Shown piece by piece: positions 1 through 11,612 of a stretch of 52,453 bases of DNA. The stretch is from Octopus bimaculoides. Lineage: Eukaryota. How positions within the stretch are numbered: position 1 is the first letter of the stretch; every line of letters begins with the position of its first letter. Under the pieces are notes generated by a model, which did not search any database, had not been told where the DNA came from, and was given only the letters and a program-made list of their open reading frames with translations. The DNA lies in the NCBI RefSeq assembly GCF_001194135.2, contig NC_068981.1:143758743-143811195 (forward strand), in the 5' to 3' direction. The translations under genes and the position numbers were made by a program.

Positions 1-1046
1 TATATATATATATATATATATATATATTAAGTAACAAACTGAAGGAAAGAAATCCTTCAATGATCCAATTCACTGGTACGTCAGTTTGATACCATATAAA
101 TATTGGTATAATGCAATTATAAAGATAAATTAAATAGAGAGATACTATTGACAATCCAATAATTTATTTATATTATAATATTAAATGATACACCATCAAT
201 ATAACAATATTACATAACATAAACAATTATTAAGACCATAAAAGGTCAACAAATTGTTTCGACTTATATATATTTTTTTTTCTGATATACATACATACAG
301 TTCCCTTATATATAAAGTCACTTCACGGTCATGATTTTAAAATAGACGAAATTCCGTGTGAAAGGACAGCTGGGTTGTAAAAATTAATTCAAATGTCTAT
401 GTATCATTAGCGTGAGCGTTAACTATTCAATCATACATCAATTACAATTAAAAAAACAACAAAAACACTTTAAAGGACGATACAATCAAGTAAGTGCAAT
501 CCACAACCATTGAAATTCACTTCATTACATCTCAAACACATACCAATTGAGACCCTTTCATATCCAAGATTGTCCCTTGCCACCACAACATACAACAAGT
601 TATGTGTGTATATAAATGTATATAATTAAGTATCTAAGTCTTCCTTATGTATAACTGCAACAAAAAATATATATAAACAATTACATCTTCAGTACAACTC
701 TTTTATTTATCTAAATTAACTGATATTAAAAAACAGCTATTCTTTAAATTAACTAATAATAATCTTCCATATCTATTATTTTCTCGGAGGGATAATTTTG
801 CAGTAGATGTGAAGAGAAACTTAATAGAATTTTTTTCCTTGTTTATTCAAGTTATCGGAGGAAGAATTCAGTTATAAGTGTTATTATAGACTTAAGGCTG
901 AAAATGCGATAACCAAAATACCTCATAGATATTTTTTGGTTATAGTAATGGATATCATGTAATATTATAATATAGATAAATTATTGGATTGTCAATAGTC
1001 TCTCTCTCTCTATTTAATTTATCTTTATTTATATGTATATATAAGA

Positions 1047-1378
1047 AAGTGCAGGCATGTATGTATGGTAAGAAGTTTGCTTCCCCACTATATGGTTACG
1101 GGTTCATCGCCTGGCTGATCAAAGTCGTATGAATGAATTTGGTTGACGGAAAATGAAAGAAGCCTGTCATACATGTGTGTGTGTGTGCGTGTGTGAGCGA
1201 GTGTGTGTGTCTGTGTGTCTATGTATTTGTGTATTTGAGTTTGTGTTTATCCCCCACCGCTTGACAACTATTGTTAGTTTGCTTAGGTCACTAACTTAGT
1301 ACCAAGCTTAAAAAATAAATACTGGGGTCAATTTGTTCGAATGAAACCTTTCAAGTCGGTGCACCAGCATAGCTGCAA
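1047..1378 (+). mobile_element. tRNA-headed SINE, family B (degenerate copy with internal (TG)n)
   Basis: Similar to the well-preserved copy at 51396-51811 (GGTAAGAAGTTTGCTTCCC...GGTTCA..., internal TG repeat, ...CCACCGCTTGACAAC..., GGTGCACCAGCAT). Confidence 0.75.
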
Positions 1379-1380
1379 AC

Positions 1381-1404
1381 AGACAGACATACAGACAGAT
1401 AGGC

Positions 1405-1460
<56 letters not shown>
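1381..1460. repeat. (GACA)n/(GATA)n tetranucleotide microsatellite
   Basis: Directly visible. Confidence 0.95.
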
Positions 1461-1461
<1 letters not shown>

Positions 1462-1614
1462 TGTATTATTATATCACTCACACGACCGCCTTTTTAATTC
1501 ATTCGTTCCGGCAGTAGCGCAGTATCGTCGTTTCCATTTTTCTTTTCGAAAATGAAGATACCCAATGTACAATGTAAAGCTTTGGTTGGAAAGCGAAATT
1601 AAGTATTTTTATTC

Positions 1615-1921
1615 GAAGTATGTAAACGATTCTTTACATTATGTGTAGACGTATTTCGATAGTCATATCTCACCATTAACTTTGCATGAACAATTATACT
1701 CATATCATTAGTGAATTTAAATCAATGTGATAAAATGTAGTGTAACAGTTGATAACTAATCTTACTCATTTCCTTTTATACTAATTATATACAATTTGAA
1801 GAACTTGGATTTATATTCGCAAATGGTGTAATTATATATGATATGCCAGTACAAATACTCTGCTCAGACATAAGTGTCGAAACGCGTCTACATATGATGG
1901 AAAGAAACTTTTATAAACTAA
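1615..1921. repeat. Old inverted-repeat element; each arm carries a degenerate hammerhead-like motif
   Basis: The reverse complement of 1615-1676 (ATGGTGA GATA TGAC TATC GAAA TACGTC TACACATAATGTAAAGAATCGTTTACATAC) aligns with 1860-1921 (CTGCTCA GACA TAAG TGTC GAAA CGCGTC TACATATGATGGAAAGAAACTTTTATAAAC). Confidence 0.55.
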
Positions 1922-2296
1922 TAATTTGAAAAAAATATTTTTTAATTTGCTTTTAATTTAATTTAACTTTCCCTCATTGATCGTTGATTACTGCTACCTT
2001 TACAAAAAAATCAGGGGTAGAAATTATCATGCTACTCTACCAACAAAAAGAAGGGAAGGTGTTGGTCAAAGCATTGGTACAACACTAGTCTTGGTAATAG
2101 AAAAGAAAGAAACCTCTTTCTGAATCAGGACATAATCATAAGAAGTTTTATATGACTATCATTAGCAATGAATAGCCGTTGGATGCTGACGGATGATGTT
2201 AACTGCGCACTTAGCTAAATAATTCTACTCCATGCCAGATGTCGATTTGATCATGTCCAGGCAGATACAATTTGTTTAATAGAATGCAGTACAACA

Positions 2297-2446
2297 TGAA
2301 TTATTTACATTATTTACAGTTGACGGATATTTGTCCTCATCTTATTTATTGTTAACACAATGTTTCGGCGGATATACCCTCCAGCCTTGATAAGGTGTCT
2401 TGGGGAAATTTCGAACCTGGGTTCGCATCCCTAAGGTATTTTTCGA

Positions 2447-2500
<54 letters not shown>

Positions 2501-2515
2501 CATTATTATCATTAA

Positions 2516-2565
<50 letters not shown>

Positions 2566-2610
2566 TCATCTGATGAAGGCTGGAGGGTATATCAGCCGAA
2601 ACGTTGTGTT
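2297..2610 (-). mobile_element. Hammerhead-bearing (AAT)n SINE, 5'-truncated, with an inverted hammerhead segment at the truncation point (fold-back)
   Basis: 2297-2568 is the reverse complement of the 20611-20930 element from its tail back to ...TGACCTGA. It is then joined to a plus-strand copy of the hammerhead segment (2570-2610). Confidence 0.85.
2565..2610 (+). ncRNA. Minimal type I hammerhead ribozyme motif (intact core, weakened stem I)
   Basis: CTGATGA (2570-2576), A, stem II GGCTG/CAGCC (2578-2582/2593-2597), GAAA (2598-2601), CGT-T, GTGTT. The 5' strand of stem I is replaced by GTCAT. Confidence 0.6.
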
Positions 2611-2612
2611 CC

Positions 2613-3342
2613 TTTTATTTCATTAGTGAGTCGAGGATCTTCTGCAATTCGCTCTAGATCTCGACAACAGTGTTTAAACGGTGACCTTTGAGATGCATTA
2701 GAGAACAGATGGAAGTCCGCAAGTGATAAATGTGGCGAAGACTTCGGGTACGGAAGGGATATGATGTTGCTTTTGGTGAGGAACTAACGAGTGAGGAGAG
2801 CTGGGTGAAGAAGCCAATTCTTCGCGATCCACACATCCGGTCGCTTTCGCCAAATGTCCTCCTCCAAAAGCTTCAAAACGTCGCAGTACAACTCTCGATT
2901 TATGATCTGGCCCTGGGGTACGAATTCCCGATCCACAACACCACATTTCCGCTCGTGGCATGTCTTCCAGATGGCTCATAATCTTTCAGGAGCATTTCTT
3001 CGGTTTCTGAAGCACCTGTGCTACTTGAAACATTGTGTACGACCCATTGTCTTGTCGCCGTAAGCTTTCCAAAGCACGATCAATATCTCTGTAACAGGCT
3101 TCCCAAGTTTAACGCAAAAATTCCCATTGGCTCTTTATTCCTGCCCCTGACAAAATCGCAGACTATAGCATACACATGATTACAAAAACACGAATTTCAC
3201 AACTTGCGAAGTAAACACAGCGATGTCACTCGGCATAATGCTTCATGAAGATGACTGCTAGCTCTCACAACGCACGCAACTGTGTGCTGCCATCTGTTCG
3301 CGCCTTACAGAAAAAGTCCAGTAACGCTTTGATACCACCTCG
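2613..3342 (-). mobile_element. Mariner (Tc1/mariner) transposon fossil, internally deleted, 3' end lost
   Basis: Minus-strand translation gives RANGNFCVKLGKPVTEILIVLWKAYGDKTMGRTQCFK (N-terminal HTH), EFVPQGQIINRELYCDVLKLLEEDIWRKRPDVW, PYPKSSPHLSLADFHLF (YSPDL-like) and LKGHRLNTVVEI. A 5' TIR-like end CGAGGTGGTATCAAAGCGTTACTGGAC ends at 3342 with TA at 3343-3344. Stops and frameshifts are present. Confidence 0.9.
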
Positions 3343-4304
3343 TATGAAAAATATATTTTTTATAACATATTTGTATATTGGATCACAAAATAGCAAGTAG
3401 CTTAAAAATAGAAGTTTTAATAATGACAAAATAAGATCCAGAAAAGTAACATAAAAATAGCAGGCTAATAGCAAAGACGTCTTTCTAATTTTCAAATCCC
3501 ATGATAATGATGTCATTAAGTCAACATCAATCCAATGAATCATGCATCTCATTGTGGAAATAATACACCAACCAATATTTTTGAACATTTAGAAATGTCA
3601 ATGAATCTAGGAACTGCATTGTTTCAAATTCTAGACAAAATATAAAGCGGTAATAAGAAATACGAATAATTATGCAAATGCATAGCACAGTTTTTAAAAG
3701 AAAACCCGTTTAACGTTTACATAAATGCCACAGTATGGTTAACGCATTTTATATTAGTGATTTTTGACATTTTATTAAAATTTTTTATGACTAAGAGAGG
3801 AAAAGGAACGCTCGTAACTAATTTCAGTGTCTCTTGAGACTTGTGAGCTGAAAGGAGGAAAAGAGGGAGCTTTCCTCAGGTCAGACACCAACAAAAGATT
3901 TTTCTCTGGTAAAGGCACCCAAATACCAGATGTTGGTGGGCTGCAGCAGACGTTGTACATGGTTTCACCATGATGCTGTCTAGCAACCGCAGAGAACCAG
4001 TCACTTTCAGAGACATGTTCGATCCCTGTTCTTAAATGGTAAACATTTTACTGACCACGGATGAGTGAGATGACCCCGACTTACAGGGACATGAATAAAT
4101 AAAAAGATTTCTGTGGCAGGCCATAGATTTTTACTATAGTCTGCCCTACTCTACCCTCATAATGCCGCCATAACTGATTATCTTCATCTCTAAAGGCAAT
4201 GATAGAAGAGATTTAAAAACACTTGTCTGTTAAAAAAAGAAGAAAAGCCATCAAGAACAGCGAAAAGATTGTTTAGAAAGCATCTAGATGGACCTAGCTG
4301 TAGT

Positions 4305-4688
4305 GGAGGCGCAATGGCCCAGTGGTTTGGGCTGCAGACTCGCGGTCATAGGGTCGCGGTTTCGATTCCCAGACCGGGCGTTGTGAGTGTTTATTAAGCG
4401 AAAACACCTAAAGCTCCACGAGGCTCCGGCAGGGGATGGTGGCGAACCCTGCTGTACTCTTTCACCACAACTTTCTCTCACTCTTACTTCATGTTTCGTT
4501 GTGCCTGTAATTCAAAGGGTCAACCTTGTCACACTGTGTCACGCTGAATATCTCCGAGAACTACGTTATGGGGACACGTGTCTGTGGAGTGCTCAGCCAC
4601 TTGTACGTTAATTTCACGAGCAGGCTGTTCTGTTGATCGGATCAACTGGAACCCTCGACGTCGTAAGAGACTGAGTGCCAACAACAAA
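4305..4688 (+). mobile_element. tRNA-headed SINE, family C, full length with degenerate target-site duplication
   Basis: A-box-like TGGCCCAGTGGT and B-box-like GGTTTCGATTCCC. Flanks are GGACCTAGCTGTAGT (4290-4304) and GGACTTAGCTGCAAT (4689-4703). Confidence 0.85.
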
Positions 4689-5459
4689 GGACTTAGCTGC
4701 AATTAGATAATAGATGAGTCTAAATAGAATACCACTTGGACATAGAACCTAGGTTTGATCAATGTAGGTGGGGTCACTTGGATAAGGATGTATGTTGTCA
4801 AAACCGAAACACCCAATGACTCTATGATGAAACAAGGGGAAAATAAGCTATGACGTGCCAAAAGCATTACTATTAATTAACACCAAAGAAATAGGGTATT
4901 TCGCCTAGGGATACTACATCCTTAGCAGAACAAATAGATTTGTTTTAAAAAACTGCACAACAGTAAGCGTGTAGATTTTGTAATTCTATGGATTTCAACA
5001 AACTTGAAATTAAGAATTTACCTCAGACGTAATGGGTTTGGAGAGATCTGAACTTTCAATCGCTCATCGAATAAAATACTATAAATATGACGAATTTGTA
5101 CGTTTAGTGAGAAAAAAATCTGGCCGTCTTACCAACTCTGCACAATTATCATAATACTAATATGATCAATAGCACAATAAATGTTGATAAATAAATAAAG
5201 ATTTGTGCCGGCAACTTTAGTAATTATACTACAGCTATGCATACAGTAAGTCTCGGTTGCCAAAATCACAAACAAGTTCTGTAATGAAATTTGTAGAGGG
5301 CAAAACTAATAAAATGCTACTTTATAAATAAGAGATGATTCAATATATGAAATACATCAACAGTGAAAGATATTATCGTTGTTGTTATTGTAGTCATCAT
5401 TGTTGTTTATTGCTGTTTTTGTTGTTGTTCCCCTTCTACTTTTCCTCCTCATCCTCCTC

Positions 5460-5690
5460 TGTTTTCTTCTTTTTCTTATTCTTTTTCTTATTCTTTTTCT
5501 TCTTCTTCTTCTTCTTCTTCTTCTTCTTCTTCTTCTTCTTCTTCTTCTTCTTTTTCTTCTTCTTCTTCTTCTTCTTCTTCTTCTTCTTCTTCTTCACCTT
5601 CTTCTTCTCTTTCTTCTTCTTCTTCTTCTTCTTCTTCTTCTTCTAATAATAATAATAATAATAAGGTAAGTTATAAATGCGTACATACAC

Positions 5691-5721
<31 letters not shown>

Positions 5722-5800
5722 CTTCTTCTTCTTCTTCTTCTTCTTCTTCTTCTTTTTCTTCATCTTTTTCTGCTGCTTCTTCTCCTTCTTCTTCTTCTAT
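5460..5800. repeat. Compound (TTC)n - (AAT)n - (TTC)n microsatellite
   Basis: Directly visible. It produces the poly-F, poly-S and poly-L ORFs in the track. Confidence 0.95.
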
Positions 5801-6249
5801 GCCACGAGCAGACATACGAAACGGGACACCCGAAAGAAACGCAATTTATCACGATTTATTCCATACAAAAATAAAAAGCTTTTGGTTATCTTGCCAAGAC
5901 AAGACTTTCAATGTTTTTGTCTCCATTCGTTTAACTTTATTGATAAAACTTAAGGTTTGTCTTTGAACGTTCTGATATTTTTATGCATTATTTTATTTGT
6001 TGTCAAGGCATTTTCTTCCTAAAAAGGAGCGATCAGAGACGCTCACCACAGTAGTGGCACTAATGTAGACATAACTAATGCTGTCATACGAGCCAAAACA
6101 TATAATTAAACACACATATACATAAGACCTGCAGTGCAACACACAAAATGTGACATTAATACATTGATAGTACAAGAAAATAGAAACAGAGAAGACTGAG
6201 AGAAGCAGTTTCAATTTTGTTACTATCAGGGATGCTTCAATCAAATCGA

Positions 6250-6500
6250 GTCCCGGAAAAGAAAACATGCATGAGGTATTTTACGAAATACATTACATCC
6301 TTGCCTTTGTGATATCTCGAGGAAGTAGTGAGAAAGAGATTAGCATAATTCAGGCTTGTGAAAGAATAAACAGGCCACTGCATTATTAAACAGTTGAGAG
6401 AATTACTCGTCGAGGTTTGGAGAGATGATGTTTCCATTGACTGGGGACGAGCGTATGAATGTATATTCCAGATCTTCAAGACCAATAATTGGGAGAGACA
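6250..6500 (+). mobile_element. Possible highly decayed LINE RT fragment
   Basis: IKQLRELLVEVWRDDVSIDWGRA resembles the L..L...VW.....P.DW segment upstream of RT domain 1 in RTE/Jockey-type LINEs. Weak. Confidence 0.3.
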
Positions 6501-6565
6501 ATGGATTAAGTTACTTCATCACACTTCTGGCCTTAGTATCGTGCTGGAATATATATACTATCAGA

Positions 6566-6782
6566 AGGTGATGAGCTGGCAGAATCGTTAGAACGCCGGG
6601 CGAAATACTTAGTGGTATTTCGTCTGCCGCTACGTTCTGAGTTCAAATTCCGCCGAGGTCGGCTTTACCTTTCATCCTTTCGGGGTCGATAAATTAAGTA
6701 CCAGTTGAGTACTGGGATCGATGTAATGGATTATCTCCCTCCCTCAAACATTTCAGGCCTTGTGCTTATAGTAGAAAGGAAT
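6566..6782 (+). mobile_element. tRNA-headed SINE, family A
   Basis: GAGCTGGCAGAATCGTTAG...GAGTTCAAATTCCGCCGAGGTC...CATCCTTTCGGGGTCGATAAATTAAGTACCAG, the same body as 15648-15880 and 38973-39206. Confidence 0.9.
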
Positions 6783-6949
6783 ATATGCCATCAGAATGCA
6801 TAAATCACAGTTGAGGACAATACTTAGGATATTAACTCTTTAGTTGTCACCTTTACGGCACCAGAGGAGAAATGTATGAAATCCGAAATTACAAAAATTG
6901 ATCTGTACCCGGGTGGAATCTGCATGAACATAAAACTCCTGATGACTCT

Positions 6950-8680
6950 CACAAATGACTACGGATATGTGATGGAAATTTTGTAGGTAAGCTCTTGGTA
7001 CCTAGTAACGTATAGTAGAGAATAAACTATTGGAAAAGTTCTTATGCGACTTTTTTATATTGCGCATTTTCTTTAACAAAGAATATCTTTTTGGCTTAGT
7101 GTGGGCATTTCTGCTGTCACGTTTCATCATATTGATATCCTCATTTATAATCTTAGGCATCGGATCATATCTGTAACGATAGCAACCCTGGCGCAGCTGC
7201 TCATGGCATGTATGAGGGCCTCTGTCTTAGAATACAGGTATCGTGTGAAAATTTGCGTTATGCGTCCTGTAAAGCAGTTGGATGTGCAGGAGAAAGATCG
7301 TAGAATCTCTTAATCAAGAACATAATTCTCCCTTGGTTCCATTTGCAGATGTTTGTGAAGTTGAATCATTGCTTGTTCACATTTCCTCTAGGTACCCTGC
7401 TTTTGCATTTCTACAGCTCTTCTTGCTTCACTTTCTCTTTGAAATCTCACGCTTCCTCATGCACTACCTTCCACCTCTCCATATTGCAGAGTAAGTCATA
7501 TCGGCTCATTTTCGCGTTCCAGTGTCCTTCTCAACGCCACACTCATGAGAATAACCTTATTTTTTCAGTCTCTCCAATGCTAATTGGACTAACTGAGCTG
7601 CCTTTCCCATCCTCATTACACTGAACGATTCGGTGTTCTTGTAGCCGTGACACAATTCTTTATGAAACTGAACGAAAATCTGAGTTTGTAGCTGCACCCT
7701 CCCTTAGAACCATATACTGTCAAAACTGCGTGTCAAGCCTAACTGCGGAGCCAGCTGATAATTTTGCGTTCAAAGTATTTCTACTATGAGTATGTTGAGC
7801 TTGTAGACAGTCATAGAAGTCGTAAGAAGTTCCAATACTGATAAACGCAGACGTTAAACCGTGGAAGTTTATATATGCTCAAAGCTCCCAATCAACAATT
7901 TAGATCAGCTCTCCTTGTCTTGATGTGTCTTGGTATTTCAGATTAGAGTTGAGGACCTTTTCAAAGATCTTCAGTGTTAATATTTTCCTATGTTAGACAG
8001 GGTGGTATTCTCCCTTCTTGAAATTGAATTGTTAGTATCTTTCATTGTTTTCAAAACTACTAAATCAAGAACTAATGGATTTGGAATATATTCTAGCCCA
8101 TGATACAAGCTTCTTTAAACTCTGGAGGATCTGTTTGGTTCCCAGGATTGTTGTTATTACCATGGAGTTACCCATGAAACCTCTGAGTGTTGATTGCCTT
8201 AGTTGAGTTACTAAAGGTACCTTGACATTCTTTCTCTGCCTACCTGATCACTATATTCATTGGCAAAGAGGGACATTGATATTGAGCACGCGACAATTAC
8301 CCTCACTTCCAGCTGAGGTCAGTTAGATGTCTGTTGGTCCAAATTCATGCTTTTACCTTCTGGTAAACGTGTTGTCTCCTCAATATAACATCAACTAGTT
8401 CATGAGGTATTGAACTATAGGCGTTTGTCAAAGTTAGGTACAGTGCAGTCAGATCACCTCTCCCATTTCTTGCCTCCTTGATGACCTGGGTTGCCGATCC
8501 TGAGTGTTTTACTCAAGCAAGGACTCCTGACGGCCACTATCAAGATGTCAGTGCAGAAGGACGGATCCCCTTCTTCTACTTGTTGATACAATAGTTACCT
8601 TGCAGAGCGCTGGAGGGTTTTGTGGAAAAGAAAGCTGAAGAAAATATTGCTCCCTTTACTAAGCAAGGAATGAATCAAAT
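6950..8680 (-). mobile_element. HERO-like (RLE-class) non-LTR retrotransposon fossil: RT to zinc-knuckle region
   Basis: Frameshifted minus-strand translation gives VIKEARNGRGDLTALYLTLTNAYSSIPHELV (cf. WLDLANAYGSIPH), LRQSTLRGFMGNSMVITTILGTKQILQSLKKLVSWAR (cf. PPIRAFMDDL...LEKLITWAR), VYQYWNFLRLL, FERKIISWLR, EPRRIMFLIKRFYDL (cf. EPYRIKFLIQSVYDVL). Many stops. Clade assigned from remembered motifs. Confidence 0.75.
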
Positions 8681-9466
8681 TTAGATGATATTCTCAGCTT
8701 TTTTTCTCTCTTTGGGTGTGTAAACTCCTTCAGAATATCTCCTCGATTTGGAAAAATCCTCCAAAGCTGATAGGTTTTCACATGAAAGACTAATAATGTC
8801 TACGCACGTCACACTAACAATCTTATTCAACTACTACTCCGATAGAAAATTCAGTATCTCTATAGCTCTTTATTTGACTTATCTCTGTTCTACCTCAAAG
8901 CGATTTGGGCACGATTTTTTTTTTATCTGCGTTTCTTCTGCAATTTAATTGAGAAATGGTGTGGAGATTTCGAGATAAGAAGATTAACATCGCTACTTAT
9001 AAGGTTTGATTATTTATCGGGAATTTTATGTGCATGATTTTTTTTTCTTTGGTGGTGGGGTGTTATTCCTTTAAGAATGTCCAAATATTACTTTACTTCT
9101 CTGCATTGTCAACCACTCTATCTGTTTCTATACTCGTATATATTTAAGATTCAATACGTACAAGGTATCATTTAGCCCTAAACCAAACATCAGCTGTTAT
9201 TGCAATTTTATGCGCTTGTCCCCGGGCGTTTAGTACAATACAGTATTTTGTTTAAATATTTGTCAACACATAAATATACATGGACATACGGAGTCGCATT
9301 CACATATGTATAAGTTTGATTGCATAAATGCAGGAAACATACACACGGGCATCTGTGTGTGTGTATGTGTGTGTGTGTGTGTGTGCTTGTGTGTGTGTGT
9401 GTGCGTGTGTGTGCGTGCGCGCGTGTGCGTGCTTCGCGACATTTCGTGCCTTTATTCACTATGTAC

Positions 9467-9603
9467 TAGTTCCGCCGAGATCAACTTAGCTATTCATCCT
9501 TTCAGTGCCGATAAAATAAGTACCTGTTGAACACTGGGGTCGATGTAATCGAATTAACTTCACACCCAAATTTGCTGGCCTAGTGCCAAAATTTCGGATC
9601 AAT
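9467..9603 (+). mobile_element. SINE family A, 3' half
   Basis: TTCCGCCGAG...CATCCTTTC...ATAAGTACC...CACTGGGGTCGATGTAATCGA. Confidence 0.8.
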
Positions 9604-10349
9604 ATATATATATATACATACATACACACACACNNNNNNNNNNNNNNNNNNNNNNNNNNNNNNNNNNNNNNNNNNNNNNNNNNNNNNNNNNNNNNNNNNN
9701 NNNNNNNNNNNNNNNNNNNNNNNNNNNNNNNNNNNNNNNNNNNNNNNNNNNNNNNNNNNNNNNNNNNNNNNNNNNNNNNNNNNNNNNNNNNNNNNNNNNN
9801 NNNNNNNNNNNNNNNNATATGCATACACAGACATATACAGATACATTACATAGTAGATATATATATATATCATATTTATAAGTGTCTGTTTATATGCACT
9901 TGGCAGCGCCAGAATTTCAAACAGATTTTTTTTTTTCTTTTGCGTTTTGTTTTTAGAATACAAACGAAACACAAAATATCAAGAATTAAACTAAAAATTG
10001 ACTTCGAAAGTTTTTCCAGTACTTAATAGCTTTTATAAATATAGATTTATTTGTTTTTTCATGAGTCAAGACCTTAGGTAAATCTACATCAACGAATTTT
10101 GGAAAAGAAAAAAGAAAACTCAATAAAAAATTAGCTGGCTTCCCCGTTTTTCATTTTATTTCACTTTACAAAATAACTGATTCCATTTCAGAACACAATT
10201 TAGTTACTCCAGTTTTTCTTTTCTTTTCATCTAAATTAAAGATGATATAAATATATTATTGTTTCAACAAATACAGTAGCATTGTAGAATTTTCAGAGTA
10301 TTAGTTTAAATGTCTCATTGTGTGAAGCTTGGATGCTCAACAATCTCAG

Positions 10350-10470
10350 ATCAAAATATGTTAAATTTGACTTCACCTTTGGCCGTAGTCCAAGTTCACG
10401 TTTTCACCTTTTGGTATACGCGTGTCTCCTCAATATAACTTCAACATTTCACTTTTATGTATCAGCCACC
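10350..10470 (-). mobile_element. Short second HERO-like RT fragment
   Basis: Shares TGTCTCCTCAATATAAC with 8373-8389. The minus strand encodes VEVILRRH, homologous to the VDVILRRQH of the larger copy. Confidence 0.4.
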
Positions 10471-10527
10471 TTGTAGAAGACAAATAAATTCATATTTTAA
10501 AGTATAATATATTTTATCGGCAAATGA

Positions 10528-11612
10528 TAAGGCAGTGAGCTGATAGAATCCTCTCCCCCAAATTTCAGGCCTTGTGCCTATAGTAGAAAGGATTATCATT
10601 ATTATTACTGCTACTCCAAAGGCGGTGAGCTGGCAGAATCGTTAGCATGCAGGGCGAAATGCTTAGCTGTATTTGGTCTGCCGCTACGTTCTGAGTTGAA
10701 ATTCTGCTGAGGTCGAATTTGCTTTTCATCCTTTTGGGGTCGATTAAATAAGAACCAGTTACACACTGAGGTCAATGTAATCGACTTAATCCTATCCCCC
10801 AAATTTGAGGTTTTGTGCTTTTAGTAGAAAAGATTATTACTACTACTCCCATGTAATAAGAGGGATAGTTGGCATAACCGTCAGCGACTCGGAATAAGAG
10901 CTTTGTGGTATTATTTCTGACTGTTAACGATCTAAGTTCAAAACCTACTCCGGTCAACATCGTCTTTCATCCTTTCTGGTGTGGATGATATCGATACCCA
11001 CCTTTCCTTAAAATTTGCTAGCCTTAGGCAAAAATAAGAAACTACTATTGTTAATAATTCACATCCCGAGAGAATCATCTTTAGTTTTTAGCCGTTCGGG
11101 ATCTGAAAAATAAAATAACAGTCAAGTACTGGAAGACGGTGGTACGACTTACATACCCATCTCAAAAGAGATGAGCCTCCACCTAAATCAGATATAACTA
11201 TTAGTAATAGCAACCTGTGCTAAGATGGTGAGCTGGCAGAATCGGTAGAGCGCCAGACACCTTTCCATAAGTTCCCCCACCCCACTATCTACTGAGTCCA
11301 AAAGCCATCTAGCTTCCCTTCGATTTTCATCCTTTCGAGGTCGATAAAATAAAGAACATCACAAGTGCTGATGTTAATGGAATTAACTAATACTTTTACT
11401 TCAACAATTGCTGTCCATGAGACTAAATCAAAAGCTATTATTACAAAATTGTCCTTAAGTTCTGAGCTCAAATTCTGCCGTGGCTGACTATGCCTTTCAT
11501 TCTTTCGGGGTCAATAAAATAAGCACCAGTCAAATATTGAGGTTGATGTAATCGACTTTTCCTCTCCCCCCAAAATGTCAGGCCTTGTGCCTAAAGTAGA
11601 ACGGTTTATTAC
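10528..11612 (+). mobile_element. Cluster of about six co-oriented SINE family A copies or fragments of different ages
   Basis: Heads at about 10530, 10620, 10860 and 11224; bodies at about 11090, 11320 and 11455-11612. All on the plus strand. Confidence 0.75.

Noticed and set aside
2395-2691. ORFs beginning MSWGNFEPG... (also 20638-20835) with a poly-Leu 'signal peptide/TM' look
   Set aside because: They are antisense readings of the hammerhead SINE body plus (TTA)n; there is no evidence of coding function.
5335-5953. Long poly-F/S/L/E ORFs (and poly-I/Y/H ORFs at 32034-32249, 32650-32994, 37157-37796)
   Set aside because: Stop-free frames of trinucleotide microsatellites.
11060-11120. Strong minus-strand splice acceptor (TTATTTTATTTTTCAG)
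   Set aside because: It lies within a decayed SINE family A body, and the frames close quickly.
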